IMG/VR virus record: IMGVR_UViG_3300048576_000552
Span: 1 to 44,532 of that record
DNA from: a virus
Taxonomy: Duplodnaviria; Caudoviricetes
DNA length: 44,532 nt
Reading direction: 5' to 3' (one strand)
Shown: piece by piece, positions 1 through 8,496 of the stretch
Numbering within the stretch: position 1 is the first letter of the stretch
How the letters are laid out: each line of letters begins with the position of its first letter
Notes under the pieces: generated by a model
What the model saw: only the letters and a program-made list of their open reading frames with translations
Databases searched by the model: none
What the model was told of the DNA's origin: nothing
Translations under genes and position numbers: made by a program

Positions 1-1104
1 ATGAATCAGCGAGAGCGTCAGGAAGCGGCGGAATTAACGCTGCCCGAGTACTACGAACGACACCACCGAAACAACTATCACGCCGGCCGCAGTTCGGAAA
101 CGATCAAAGAATACCGAACCTCACTGGCCCATTGGTGCAAGATCACCAACAATCCGAGGCTAAAGGACATCGACTCCTCACTCTTGGGCGAATTCAAGTC
201 CCGTTTGCTGTCGGCCGACTTCACCTCGAAAAAGGTAGGAAAACCGTCGCCGCAGATGACGCTTTTCAGCACGGAATCGAGCGAGGAACTTCAGCCCAAA
301 ATCAAACGCTACTACTCGTCGCCGCTCGCCAAAGAAACCGTCAACAAACATTTGCGGCATATCCAGGGAATTCTTCGGAAGGCAGGCGAGCAGGGTTACA
401 AGAACATGGATGCGCTCGGTGTCCTCGAGCACGTGCCGTGGACGAGGCAACTCTCGGTCAAAAAACACAAGCCGAAAAATATTCCCGACGACATCTTGGA
501 TGCGATCTACCGCGCAACGGAAGTGGCGAAATTGCCCAATCTGGAAGCAGTGAATATCCCTGCGCCCAATTGGTGGAAGGCTCTCATTCTGGCCGCGCTG
601 TCGATCAATTTTCGCCGCGAGGGGCTTCTGGCTCTACGCTGGGAGAATATCGATTGGCAAGAGCGGATCGTGGCCCTCGATGCGGAAGACGACAAGAAGG
701 ACGCCGATCGACGCAAGCCGATCAGCGACCTTATGCTCAAACACTTCCTGCGGATCCGCTCGCCCTACGACACGGTGTTTCCCTGGTCGCACGGGAAAAG
801 AGTTCTCGCCGACAACTGCTCCACGATGTTTTACAAGACTTGGCACAAAATACAGTTCGAGGCCGGATTGAAGGACAAGAAGCGGCACATCAAATTGCAC
901 GATTTGAAAAAGGCTGCTGGCAGCAGGCTCTCGCGAATCACGTCGCCTTACACCGTGATGAAGCAGCTCGATCACGCGGATCTCGAAACCACGCTCTACT
1001 ACGTCGAGGTGACCGACGAACAGCGGGAAGCAGTCGAAAAGGTTCCACTCCCGAAAATTTTTATGGACGAATTCAAGGACGATGCCCAGGCAAAGCTGGG
1101 ATAA
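1..1104 (+). CDS. int: Tyrosine recombinase/integrase
   Basis: N-terminal SAM-like region (ETIKEYRTSL...TVNKHLRHI). Catalytic motifs FRREGLLALRWENID, LHDLKK, QLDHADLETTLYY. Confidence 0.9.
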   Translation: MNQRERQEAAELTLPEYYERHHRNNYHAGRSSETIKEYRTSLAHWCKITNNPRLKDIDSSLLGEFKSRLLSADFTSKKVGKPSPQMTLFSTESSEELQPKIKRYYSSPLAKETVNKHLRHIQGILRKAGEQGYKNMDALGVLEHVPWTRQLSVKKHKPKNIPDDILDAIYRATEVAKLPNLEAVNIPAPNWWKALILAALSINFRREGLLALRWENIDWQERIVALDAEDDKKDADRRKPISDLMLKHFLRIRSPYDTVFPWSHGKRVLADNCSTMFYKTWHKIQFEAGLKDKKRHIKLHDLKKAAGSRLSRITSPYTVMKQLDHADLETTLYYVEVTDEQREAVEKVPLPKIFMDEFKDDAQAKLG

Positions 1105-1171
1105 ACTTAGCAACAAGAACTCCAGATCAGAAAGGAGGAAATGAGTCGCGGCATGATAAACTTCTGACAGT

Positions 1172-1210
1172 AAGCGGTGCGATGCATCTCCCTTCGCGCC
1201 GCTTTTTTTT
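1172..1210 (+). terminator. Rho-independent terminator after integrase
   Basis: Stem aagcggtgcga / tcgcgccgctt (one G-U) running into a T8 tract. Confidence 0.7.
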
Positions 1211-1220
1211 GAATTTCACG

Positions 1221-1266
1221 GGCCGGCCTTTTTGCCGCGGATCGTTCCGCGGCGGGCCGGTTTTTT
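1221..1266 (+). terminator. Second tandem terminator
   Basis: Inner stem gccgcgga/tccgcggc, outer ccggcc/ggccgg, followed by T6. Confidence 0.6.
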
Positions 1267-1583
1267 CATATCGATCCGGAGACGATCGAGCATGCGGTCT
1301 TTTGCCGAGCCGCTTGCCGATCGCTTCGCACTTGGCGAGAGCCCGATTCAGCCGCGGTCACTGCCCCGCCGCGGCCCCGGGCTCTCGCCTTTTTGTTGCG
1401 CCCGGGCAAATGCTCCCACAACGTCGCGTCGGTCTCGCGGCGGTCGAGTAATGTCATCGTTTCCATTTCGGAGCGATTCCAAAAATGGTTGAGCGAGTAA
1501 TAACGATGAAACCGCATGAAAGACGATTCTGGGAGCGTTTGCCCGGCTGCAATTCAACACTTTTTTACGAAAGGACGTGACGC

Positions 1584-2246
1584 ATGGGATCAGAAATGAT
1601 CAGGACGCTGGAAGAGAGATTCGAGAACACCCTCAACGCCGAAGAATCGGCCTTTGTTTTGGGAACTCTTTCGCCGCCGAGAGAAGGCGAAAAAGTACTC
1701 GGCACGGCGAACGAAGACGCCCAGCATTGGTATTCTCTCTATCTGCTGGAGCATCGCTACGACGTCCACCGCTATGCGGATTCGCTGATGCAGAACAAGG
1801 AAGACACTGACCTGGATACGGTGACTCGCCTTGAGACGCTGTCGTCCATCGCTTGGGAAGCCATCCGCAGGCAGTTCCCATCGCAGGGGAATCTTGCCAT
1901 GCGATCGGACTTCCGGGTCGTGGAGATTCCGCGGCGTTCCTTCGGCTGCTCACCGTTGCAGTCCTTTTTCTCCGCATGCCTCGGTAAGAATTTTGAAAAT
2001 CAACAAGGCACTCCGACTTCGCCGAACATGACGACCGCTGCTCCGGATCCTCTTTCCACGAAACCGGCCGAGACCGCGGCTGTTGACACTCCCGCGACGA
2101 TCGCTGCCTCAGATACTGCGTCGGGCCCGGAGCTGTCGGCAGCGATCGCCGAGGCTAATACGACTACAACCGCCACGAGCGAATCGCCATCGCCGTTGGA
2201 AACTACCGGTGCCGACGTTCGCACGACGGAAGAATTCATCGACTGA
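1584..2246 (+). CDS. Hypothetical protein with T/A/S-rich C-terminus
   Basis: 220-aa ORF with aaagga RBS upstream; co-oriented with the early operon. Confidence 0.6.
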   Translation: MGSEMIRTLEERFENTLNAEESAFVLGTLSPPREGEKVLGTANEDAQHWYSLYLLEHRYDVHRYADSLMQNKEDTDLDTVTRLETLSSIAWEAIRRQFPSQGNLAMRSDFRVVEIPRRSFGCSPLQSFFSACLGKNFENQQGTPTSPNMTTAAPDPLSTKPAETAAVDTPATIAASDTASGPELSAAIAEANTTTTATSESPSPLETTGADVRTTEEFID

Positions 2247-2261
2247 AATTTCAAGCGAACC

Positions 2262-2360
2262 AACCGAGGCGAGGGAAAAAAACGTCGGCAATCCTCGGCT
2301 AGTACCGACGAAAGTTTCCGACCTTAGGCCGTGACTTGGCAGCCGGAGAGACGGCATTTT
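2262..2360 (+). ncRNA. Candidate structured intergenic RNA (pseudoknot plus GAGAGA-loop hairpin)
   Basis: Crossing pairings ccgagg(2264-69)/cctcgg(2293-98) and cgtcgg(2283-88)/ccgacg(2305-10). Hairpin gccg-gagaga-cggc at 2342-2355, then a T run. Confidence 0.35.
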
Positions 2361-2382
2361 TCCATTTAAAAAAGGTTAAATC

Positions 2383-2742
2383 ATGCTAATCAGTCAAAAA
2401 ACAAAAAACTTTCGCGATCGTTTGTCCACGCTCCGGCAAAGCACGGACTTCGTTATCCGTGACATGAAAAGGCTATTTCCGATTGGCGAGAACGTGATGG
2501 TTCATGTTCACGCGGCGGGCGTGACTGGCTACATCCCCGGACGGATCGACTGTTATGTGTCGGATATTTTGGGCGGTGTGGGTGTGAAAATTCTGGCTGA
2601 AGTGATCGCCCTACATCCCGATTACGAACGTCAATTGAGTCTTCATCGCACGTCGAAAACGGACATTTATCTACTTGCGTGGAACGACATCGAATTGTGT
2701 TCCGACGCGAGAACTGTTTACACAGTCGCTAATACAAAATGA
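2383..2742 (+). CDS. Hypothetical protein
   Basis: 119-aa ORF, aaaagg RBS, ATGA overlap with the next gene. Confidence 0.65.
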   Translation: MLISQKTKNFRDRLSTLRQSTDFVIRDMKRLFPIGENVMVHVHAAGVTGYIPGRIDCYVSDILGGVGVKILAEVIALHPDYERQLSLHRTSKTDIYLLAWNDIELCSDARTVYTVANTK

Positions 2743-3059
2743 AAAAGTTTCTGTCAGAACAGCGAAAAACGATCCGCAATGCAAAACGCTATCCGCCGGC
2801 GTTCGAGCCGGAAAAAATGCCGAAGACGACGCACGATTGGCAGATGGCCGTGGACGCGGCCGAGGCGTTGTTGTCGATCGACGGCGCGCGGATGTATGGA
2901 TTGATCACCGGCGGGCCGCGGATCAACAAGCTCCGCTGCCTGGCGATTTTGGAAGAAGGCCGCAAACGCGGCATCAAGCCGGCTAAGGATGCCGCAGTGC
3001 TTTTTACTCAGGAATGGAATGCGAAATTTGGCCAGAACGGCCAGCTTATCACCCTTTGA
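2739..3059 (+). CDS. Phage hypothetical protein
   Basis: 106-aa ORF coupled by ATGA overlap; contains ARMYGLITGGP. Confidence 0.7.
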   Translation: MKKFLSEQRKTIRNAKRYPPAFEPEKMPKTTHDWQMAVDAAEALLSIDGARMYGLITGGPRINKLRCLAILEEGRKRGIKPAKDAAVLFTQEWNAKFGQNGQLITL

Positions 3060-3073
3060 GAAAAGGATTTGTC

Positions 3074-3463
3074 ATGCGAGTTTTGAAATTCGACGAGTTT
3101 CAGGCGGAACTAAAAAAACAGGGCGTTCCGCGAAAGCATCTGGCCTTTCGCTGCCCGATTTGCGGAACGGTCCAATCGATGGCGTCGCTCATCGCCGCTG
3201 GTGCCGGCAACAGCGAAGAAGACGCGGAAAAGTACATCGGCTTTTCCTGTGTCGGCCGTTTTACCGGCGCTGGCCCCTTTCATCGCGGCGATCAACCTGG
3301 AAACGGCTGTGACTGGTCGCTGGGCGGTCTGTTTCACCTGCACACGCTGGAGATCGAGACGGCGGATGGACAGCGTCATATGCATTTCGAGCCGGCCACG
3401 CCGGAACAAGCTCAATCGCTCATGAAAGAATATACCGAGTGCGTCGAGACCGCGATGGTGTAG
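3074..3463 (+). CDS. VVA0879-like Cys-rich phage protein
   Basis: FRCPICG, GFSCVGRF and GCDWSLGGLF motifs. Start moved to ATG 3074 after the aaaagga RBS. Confidence 0.7.
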   Translation: MRVLKFDEFQAELKKQGVPRKHLAFRCPICGTVQSMASLIAAGAGNSEEDAEKYIGFSCVGRFTGAGPFHRGDQPGNGCDWSLGGLFHLHTLEIETADGQRHMHFEPATPEQAQSLMKEYTECVETAMV

Positions 3464-3491
3464 TCATTTTTCTTTTGAAGGAACCAGCAGG

Positions 3492-4781
3492 ATGCAACCG
3501 CACGAAGCGACGCGAAAGCAGCACAACCTCCCCTTTCTGGAAGCGGAGATCAGTGCCGACGAACGATTCAATTATCTCGGCTTGGCGCTGATGCGAGTGG
3601 AAGCCGACATCTATCTCGCCAACCTGGTCAAATGGATCTTCAACGTCACGAAGGGAGGCGTGGATGGGGAATTCGAGAAAAGTTACGATCAGATCGCCGC
3701 CAGGCCCTGGGGTTTGTGCTGCTCCACGGCGACGGCCAAGCGAACCGCCTATAAAGCGGAGTCCGTTGGTCTCGTAAAAATCACGCAGCAACTCTTCCGC
3801 AACGGCGCGCAGCGGTCTAACACCTACGCCATCAATTGGGATGGCATTCGGCGGATTCTCAACTTGAAAAATGTCATTCCTGGGATGGGCACCACCCCAG
3901 ATCACACAGACACCACCCCAGATCACACAGACACCACCCCAGATCACACAGACACCACCCCGTGTCACACAGACACCACCCCGTGTCAGCCTGATACTCG
4001 ATATAAGGAAATACCTTCTTACGGTCCTTCTAACGGTATAGAAAAATATACCGGACCGGACCGGCGCGCCGAAACCGGACCGACTTGTTTTTTCGAAGAC
4101 GGGCAGGGAGAAAAATTCCAAGCGACGCAACGCACGCAAACGCCGGCCGATCCGCGGATGGTAAGCCGGCGCCAAAACACTTCTCAGCGAGTTCAGCGGA
4201 TTGGCTCGGCGGAGGATGTTTTGCGTGCCGTTCTTTTCGAGGATATTCCCGAGCTGGCCGAGGCCTCGCAGCGGATTGCGTCGCCTCTGCCGGCCGGGAA
4301 TCTTATTTACGGGCCGTTCAAGCCCGAGGTGGTGACGATCGAGACGCTGAAAGGCGGTCTGCTTCTCGCGGAGTGGTTCCGCCGCCAGCTCTCGATCCGC
4401 TTGCCGGTCTGCGGAGAGACGGAAGCGGATCTGCTGTTGGTATTTTCGGCGGCTCGGTATGCCCTCGAAATGCCGGCGAGTGACGTTCTGAAGACGAGGG
4501 TCGCCATTTTCAACGCACAGGTAAGCCGTGGAAAATGGCGGCAAGTGCTGCATTTTGTCAAAGCCGCGCGGAAGCGGCTCGACGACATGCAGCGCGTCTA
4601 TCCCGACGTTTTGGTTTGCGAGGCGTGGCCTCCGACGCCGGCGGTGGACTTTTCCAAGCCCATCACCACGAAGGGAGAACCACAGCAAACCGATCCTGAC
4701 GGTAAAAATACTTTGAGCGAAGAAGAGCTTACGGAGTGGAGGCAGAAAATGAGTCGTACCAACTCCAGAATAAAAATTTAG
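3492..4781 (+). CDS. Phage replication initiator (lambda O-like layout)
   Basis: N-terminal wHTH-like region (SYDQIA...TAKRTAYKAESVGLV...RSNTYAINW) followed by in-frame iterons and an AT-rich tract. Confidence 0.7.
   Translation: MQPHEATRKQHNLPFLEAEISADERFNYLGLALMRVEADIYLANLVKWIFNVTKGGVDGEFEKSYDQIAARPWGLCCSTATAKRTAYKAESVGLVKITQQLFRNGAQRSNTYAINWDGIRRILNLKNVIPGMGTTPDHTDTTPDHTDTTPDHTDTTPCHTDTTPCQPDTRYKEIPSYGPSNGIEKYTGPDRRAETGPTCFFEDGQGEKFQATQRTQTPADPRMVSRRQNTSQRVQRIGSAEDVLRAVLFEDIPELAEASQRIASPLPAGNLIYGPFKPEVVTIETLKGGLLLAEWFRRQLSIRLPVCGETEADLLLVFSAARYALEMPASDVLKTRVAIFNAQVSRGKWRQVLHFVKAARKRLDDMQRVYPDVLVCEAWPPTPAVDFSKPITTKGEPQQTDPDGKNTLSEEELTEWRQKMSRTNSRIKI
3890..3988 (+). repeat. 21-bp tandem iterons (about 4.7 copies), putative replication origin
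   Basis: caccaccccagatcacacaga at 3890, 3911 and 3932; variant caccaccccgtgtcacacaga at 3953; partial copy at 3974. AT-rich tract at about 4001-4050. Confidence 0.85.
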
Positions 4782-4836
4782 CAAGCCAGCGGATCAAGCA
4801 TCCGCTCTTGCGAAAAGTAACAGGAGCATCCCCAAA

Positions 4837-6459
4837 ATGAGCGTTACGATGACGAACAAAAAGAAGGCCGAGAAGCCACGGAAACGTGGCATGAAAGGCG
4901 TTCAGCGAGTGGACGATGGCGATTATTTTTCCACGGAAAATGATTATTCGCCGAAAAACGAACATGGTGTTTACCAAGGGAAATGCATCAACATTCCGAT
5001 CCCTAAAAGCACCAAGATAACCGTGGAAATCGAAGTCGCCCGAATACCAGGACGCGCGGAAACCTGGGCTTGCCATCGATTTCTAAAAGGGCCAGATTTT
5101 TATACCAGCGGTCCGATTGACGACCGAACGAAGCGCTATATGACACGTGGAGAAGCGATTGCCGCGAAGGTAGATGAGTCGATCATAGAGCTTAAAAGCA
5201 ACATGAAAAGTAGCACGAGCAGCGCAAAACGCACCGGATTGCGTCAAGCGATCGAAGCCGTGGAAAAGTATAAAACCAGCCTCTACGTTACGCCTGTTGA
5301 AGAAATGCCCAAAAATCCCAGCGACATGGTTGGCGACATCGAGATTGTCGGCCTACCCAGCGCACCAAAACACTTTCTGGGCTCGGCGTATGTCATCCTG
5401 CGAGAAAGCGGCGGGTGGTGGCGATCGGGGTATCGAATCCTCGGCACCAGCGACGACGTCGGCACGAAGTGCTGCGAGATCAACGACGAGAGCAACCTCG
5501 ATTCGAGCCGCGACACAGCGATCGCGGACGCGGCCGACGCAGCGGCACAGTATGTATACGAGTTATGGATGAAGGCCAAAGGCGATAAAAAACGGTCCCT
5601 GCTGGCCGCATTACAGCAATCGTTCGAAGAGCTTTGCGACAAGCACATGGGCGCTGTCAATTCGACGGACACGACCGCAAAGAACGCAAAGCCCACAAAG
5701 AAGCCTGCAAATAAGAAATCGGCGTTGGAAGAAATTTTCCCTAGCGGGCCGATTGCGGGACCGAAGAAGCCCGGTACCAGCCTGGTCCCTGCCGGCGGCG
5801 GCGCGATCGTCGCCGGCAATTTCACGGGCTTGGGTCTCGGGCCGGTGGGTGATCTTACTGTCATTGAAAAAAAGAAGCTGGAAAAGTGCGAACTGGCGAT
5901 CGAGAGAAATCTCCATTCCTGGTTCGAGTTGGGCGCGGCGTTGGCGACGATCAGCAACGACCGTCTTTACCGCGAGACGCATCTGACCTTCCAGCAGTAC
6001 TGCGAGGATCGATTTGAATTCACCCGCCAGCATGCTTATCGGCTGATTGACGATTACACGGCAGTCAAGGAACTGTCGCCAATTGGTGACAAAAAGATTC
6101 TTCCGGCGACGGAGAGCCAGGCCCGAGTACTCGCCAAAATCAAGGATCCGGAGAAACGCCAGGAGGTCTGGGATCAGGTCGTTTCCGCCGCCGCTGCGAG
6201 CGACAAGCCGAACATCACGGCCGAGGCGATCGAGAAGACGAAGGCCGAAGTGCTTGGCGAGCCGAAAACGACCGCGGCGAAAAAAGAACCGCGATTTAAT
6301 ACGACGCTTCCCAAGGGCTCCAGCGATCTCGATCGAGATAAAGCCGAGCTGGAGGCAGCCGTGAAGAAAATCATCGCACGATGGAATGGTTCCGGCCTCG
6401 GCCACAATGCCCTGTGCGATCACCTCAAGGAATTGGCCAAGCGATTGCGCGCCAAATAA
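4837..6459 (+). CDS. Protein with C-terminal ParB/KorB-like (DUF3102-like) helical DNA-binding domain
   Basis: WFELGAALATISNDRLYRETHLTFQQYCEDRFEFTRQHAYRLI...LSPIGD...PATESQARVL...QEVW. ggag RBS upstream. Confidence 0.6.
   Translation: MSVTMTNKKKAEKPRKRGMKGVQRVDDGDYFSTENDYSPKNEHGVYQGKCINIPIPKSTKITVEIEVARIPGRAETWACHRFLKGPDFYTSGPIDDRTKRYMTRGEAIAAKVDESIIELKSNMKSSTSSAKRTGLRQAIEAVEKYKTSLYVTPVEEMPKNPSDMVGDIEIVGLPSAPKHFLGSAYVILRESGGWWRSGYRILGTSDDVGTKCCEINDESNLDSSRDTAIADAADAAAQYVYELWMKAKGDKKRSLLAALQQSFEELCDKHMGAVNSTDTTAKNAKPTKKPANKKSALEEIFPSGPIAGPKKPGTSLVPAGGGAIVAGNFTGLGLGPVGDLTVIEKKKLEKCELAIERNLHSWFELGAALATISNDRLYRETHLTFQQYCEDRFEFTRQHAYRLIDDYTAVKELSPIGDKKILPATESQARVLAKIKDPEKRQEVWDQVVSAAAASDKPNITAEAIEKTKAEVLGEPKTTAAKKEPRFNTTLPKGSSDLDRDKAELEAAVKKIIARWNGSGLGHNALCDHLKELAKRLRAK
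6074..6091. promoter_or_regulatory. 18-bp palindromic site, copy 1
   Basis: tgtcgccaattggtgaca; encodes LSPIGD within ORF 4837..6459. Confidence 0.7.
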
Positions 6460-6498
6460 CATCCCCCCCTACCAAAAAGAAACCCCAAGGAACCAATC

Positions 6499-7185
6499 AT
6501 GGATTTACGAACGGAAGTCATCGCTGCTTTGGATCGCGTCATTGCCTCAGGGTCGATCGAAAAGGCGATTGAAGATGCCGTCGGCAAGACGGTGAAATCG
6601 ATCATGGAAGATCAGTTGCGGTCCTATTCCGACATCGGCAAGCTGATCGAGGCATCGGTCAAAAAATCGCTCGCGATGAATGGCGAACTCGATTTGCCCT
6701 CGTACAACGACACGCTTTTGAAGATTATCCGCAAGCAGGTGCAATCCTACACCGAGGACACCATTCAACGCCAGGTGGCAAAGAACCTGGAAGAGCTGCT
6801 CGCGCCACCGCCCGAGTCGATCAAACTCTCCGATCTGGTGGAGCAGTATCGCAAACACTTGACTAACCAACTCGACGAGGGAGATGGGTATAGCGGCGAA
6901 TTCACTTTTCTGATGGATCATGGTGACCGTGGTTACACCCACATCGAATTGTCCGATGATCCCAAGGTGAAAAGATATAACGGCGACATTCGCCTCGGCG
7001 TCGATAGGGAGGGTAAGATTTATACACTCAGTTTTGGAAAACGGGAAGTTGAAAAGGATCTGTTTGCCGGTCCGTTTTATCAGTTCGAGAAAAGTCTGTT
7101 CCAGATGAAGGCGGCTGGAACAAAGCTCATTCTCGACGTGGAAAGCAGCGAAATAGACACCTCTTACGGCTACGATCCCGACTGA
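6499..7185 (+). CDS. Phage hypothetical protein
   Basis: 228-aa ORF with aagga RBS. Confidence 0.75.
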   Translation: MDLRTEVIAALDRVIASGSIEKAIEDAVGKTVKSIMEDQLRSYSDIGKLIEASVKKSLAMNGELDLPSYNDTLLKIIRKQVQSYTEDTIQRQVAKNLEELLAPPPESIKLSDLVEQYRKHLTNQLDEGDGYSGEFTFLMDHGDRGYTHIELSDDPKVKRYNGDIRLGVDREGKIYTLSFGKREVEKDLFAGPFYQFEKSLFQMKAAGTKLILDVESSEIDTSYGYDPD

Positions 7186-7235
7186 TTATAAAAACCGCAG
7201 GGGAATTGAATTCCTCGCCCGAAGGAGAAACGGCC

Positions 7236-7802
7236 ATGAATCCATTTAAGCTCGAAGGCAAAACGCAGGGCGGCAAAGCGGCGTCCGTATGGTGCTGTGG
7301 GGAATGCAAATGCACTTGCGTCAATGAGGCGGCGGCGGTCCGCTGCTGCACATGTACGTACTGTGGAAAGCCAATCGAGAATCGGCCGAAGGGTCAGTAT
7401 TCTCATCCGGAGTGTCAGCACGCCGAATGGGAAAAACGGGTGGCATTGCGATTAGAAAAGGCCGAGAAGCTCGAAAAGTGGGACGGTTTTGTGTTTTGGG
7501 GCAACGATTTGTTTTCGTGCATCGGCGAAGCGGAAGAGGCGATGGCTGATCAGCTCGATGTAGACGAATGGCCCGAATACTTATACGTCGCCAAACCGAT
7601 TCCGTTCCGCCAACTTGACGCCGGAAGTATCCTGGAGAATCTGATGGAAGACTTCGATTCCGAGGATGAAATCCAGCTAAAAGGCGTTCAGGAGTTTCGC
7701 GCGGCATGCGAGGCATTTAACGCGGCTAACCAAGATATCCAATATTTTGAGGAAGATCATGCGCGGGCCGTGAAAGTCTTTCGGCCTGCTGAGGATGAAT
7801 AA
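7236..7802 (+). CDS. Hypothetical protein with N-terminal Cys cluster
   Basis: aaggag RBS before ATG 7236; CCGEC...CTYCG. Confidence 0.75.
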   Translation: MNPFKLEGKTQGGKAASVWCCGECKCTCVNEAAAVRCCTCTYCGKPIENRPKGQYSHPECQHAEWEKRVALRLEKAEKLEKWDGFVFWGNDLFSCIGEAEEAMADQLDVDEWPEYLYVAKPIPFRQLDAGSILENLMEDFDSEDEIQLKGVQEFRAACEAFNAANQDIQYFEEDHARAVKVFRPAEDE

Positions 7803-7912
7803 TGCAAAACAAACTTTGGGCCATCAAAATGCTTTTCGTCTGGCGGTGGCGTTTCGGCTACTGGGGCTGGGATGCATTTAAGGCGGCTTGGAAATCAGGA
7901 GATCGAAGATGA
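7802..7912 (+). CDS. Small Trp-rich peptide (36 aa), absent from ORF track
   Basis: MQNKLWAIKMLFVWRWRFGYWGWDAFKAAWKSGDRR. TAATG overlap upstream and ATGA overlap downstream. Confidence 0.6.
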   Translation: MQNKLWAIKMLFVWRWRFGYWGWDAFKAAWKSGDRR

Positions 7913-8382
7913 GTGAATCGCTAAAAGAATCGAACTATAAGCCAATACCCGTCCTCGTGGCGCAGAATGCCGCCGAACTGTTCGAAAAGGATATGGTGGT
8001 TATTCTCGCCTACGATTCCATTTACCATCTCACCCACACCACAACCTACGGGAAAACGCCCGAGCAAAAAGAGATCGCCGCGGACGCCGGCGAGCGTTGC
8101 GCCGTGGCCTTGGGTTGTGCGATCGAGGCCAAGCGGGATTATGAAGATTATCGGCACCGCACGGCAGGTGAGGCGGCAGTGTTACGCGAGGCTTTAACCA
8201 CAATCCACAGTCTCGCTCAATCGGAAGACGAAGATATTCTCCTTCACGTTGTGGATAACATAGAACAAATAGCGTTTCGAGCCCTCAATCAAAACCCAGA
8301 ACCGCGAAAGGAATCGCCATCATGCTTGTACTCACCAGAAACACCGACGAATCCATCCTCATCGGAGGCCGAATCACCGTAA
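7909..8382 (+). CDS. Hypothetical protein
   Basis: aggag RBS before ATG 7909; 3' end overlaps csrA by 61 nt. Confidence 0.65.
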   Translation: MSESLKESNYKPIPVLVAQNAAELFEKDMVVILAYDSIYHLTHTTTYGKTPEQKEIAADAGERCAVALGCAIEAKRDYEDYRHRTAGEAAVLREALTTIHSLAQSEDEDILLHVVDNIEQIAFRALNQNPEPRKESPSCLYSPETPTNPSSSEAESP

Positions 8383-8489
8383 CCGTGCTGGAGGTCCGCG
8401 GCGACAAGGTTCGCCTGGGAATCGACGCTCCTATCGAAATCCCGATTTTGCGGAATGAACTCATTCCCCTGGAAGAAAAGGCGGCTTGA
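8322..8489 (+). CDS. csrA: Carbon storage regulator CsrA/RsmA family protein (55 aa), absent from ORF track
   Basis: MLVLTRNTDESILIGGRITVTVLEVRGDKVRLGIDAPIEIPILRNELIPLEEKAA matches the MLxLxR...VRLGIxAP...IxRxE signature; aaagga RBS. Confidence 0.92.
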   Translation: MLVLTRNTDESILIGGRITVTVLEVRGDKVRLGIDAPIEIPILRNELIPLEEKAA

Positions 8490-8496
8490 AGAAATC

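Noticed and set aside
132-1451. 439-aa alternative-frame ORF over the integrase
   Set aside because: No recognisable motifs, Arg/Gly/Ala-rich off-frame composition, and it runs through two terminators; shadow ORF.
1292-1492. 66-aa ORF with ggag upstream in the hairpin-rich leader
   Set aside because: Low-complexity Arg/Pro/Ser sequence overlapping several stems; cannot be distinguished from non-coding structure.
3890-3988. Possible CRISPR array
   Set aside because: Repeats are contiguous with no spacers, and no cas genes are present.
3420-4784. 454-aa minus-strand ORF with GGVCVIW repeats
   Set aside because: Mirror of the replication gene and its iterons; no independent evidence.
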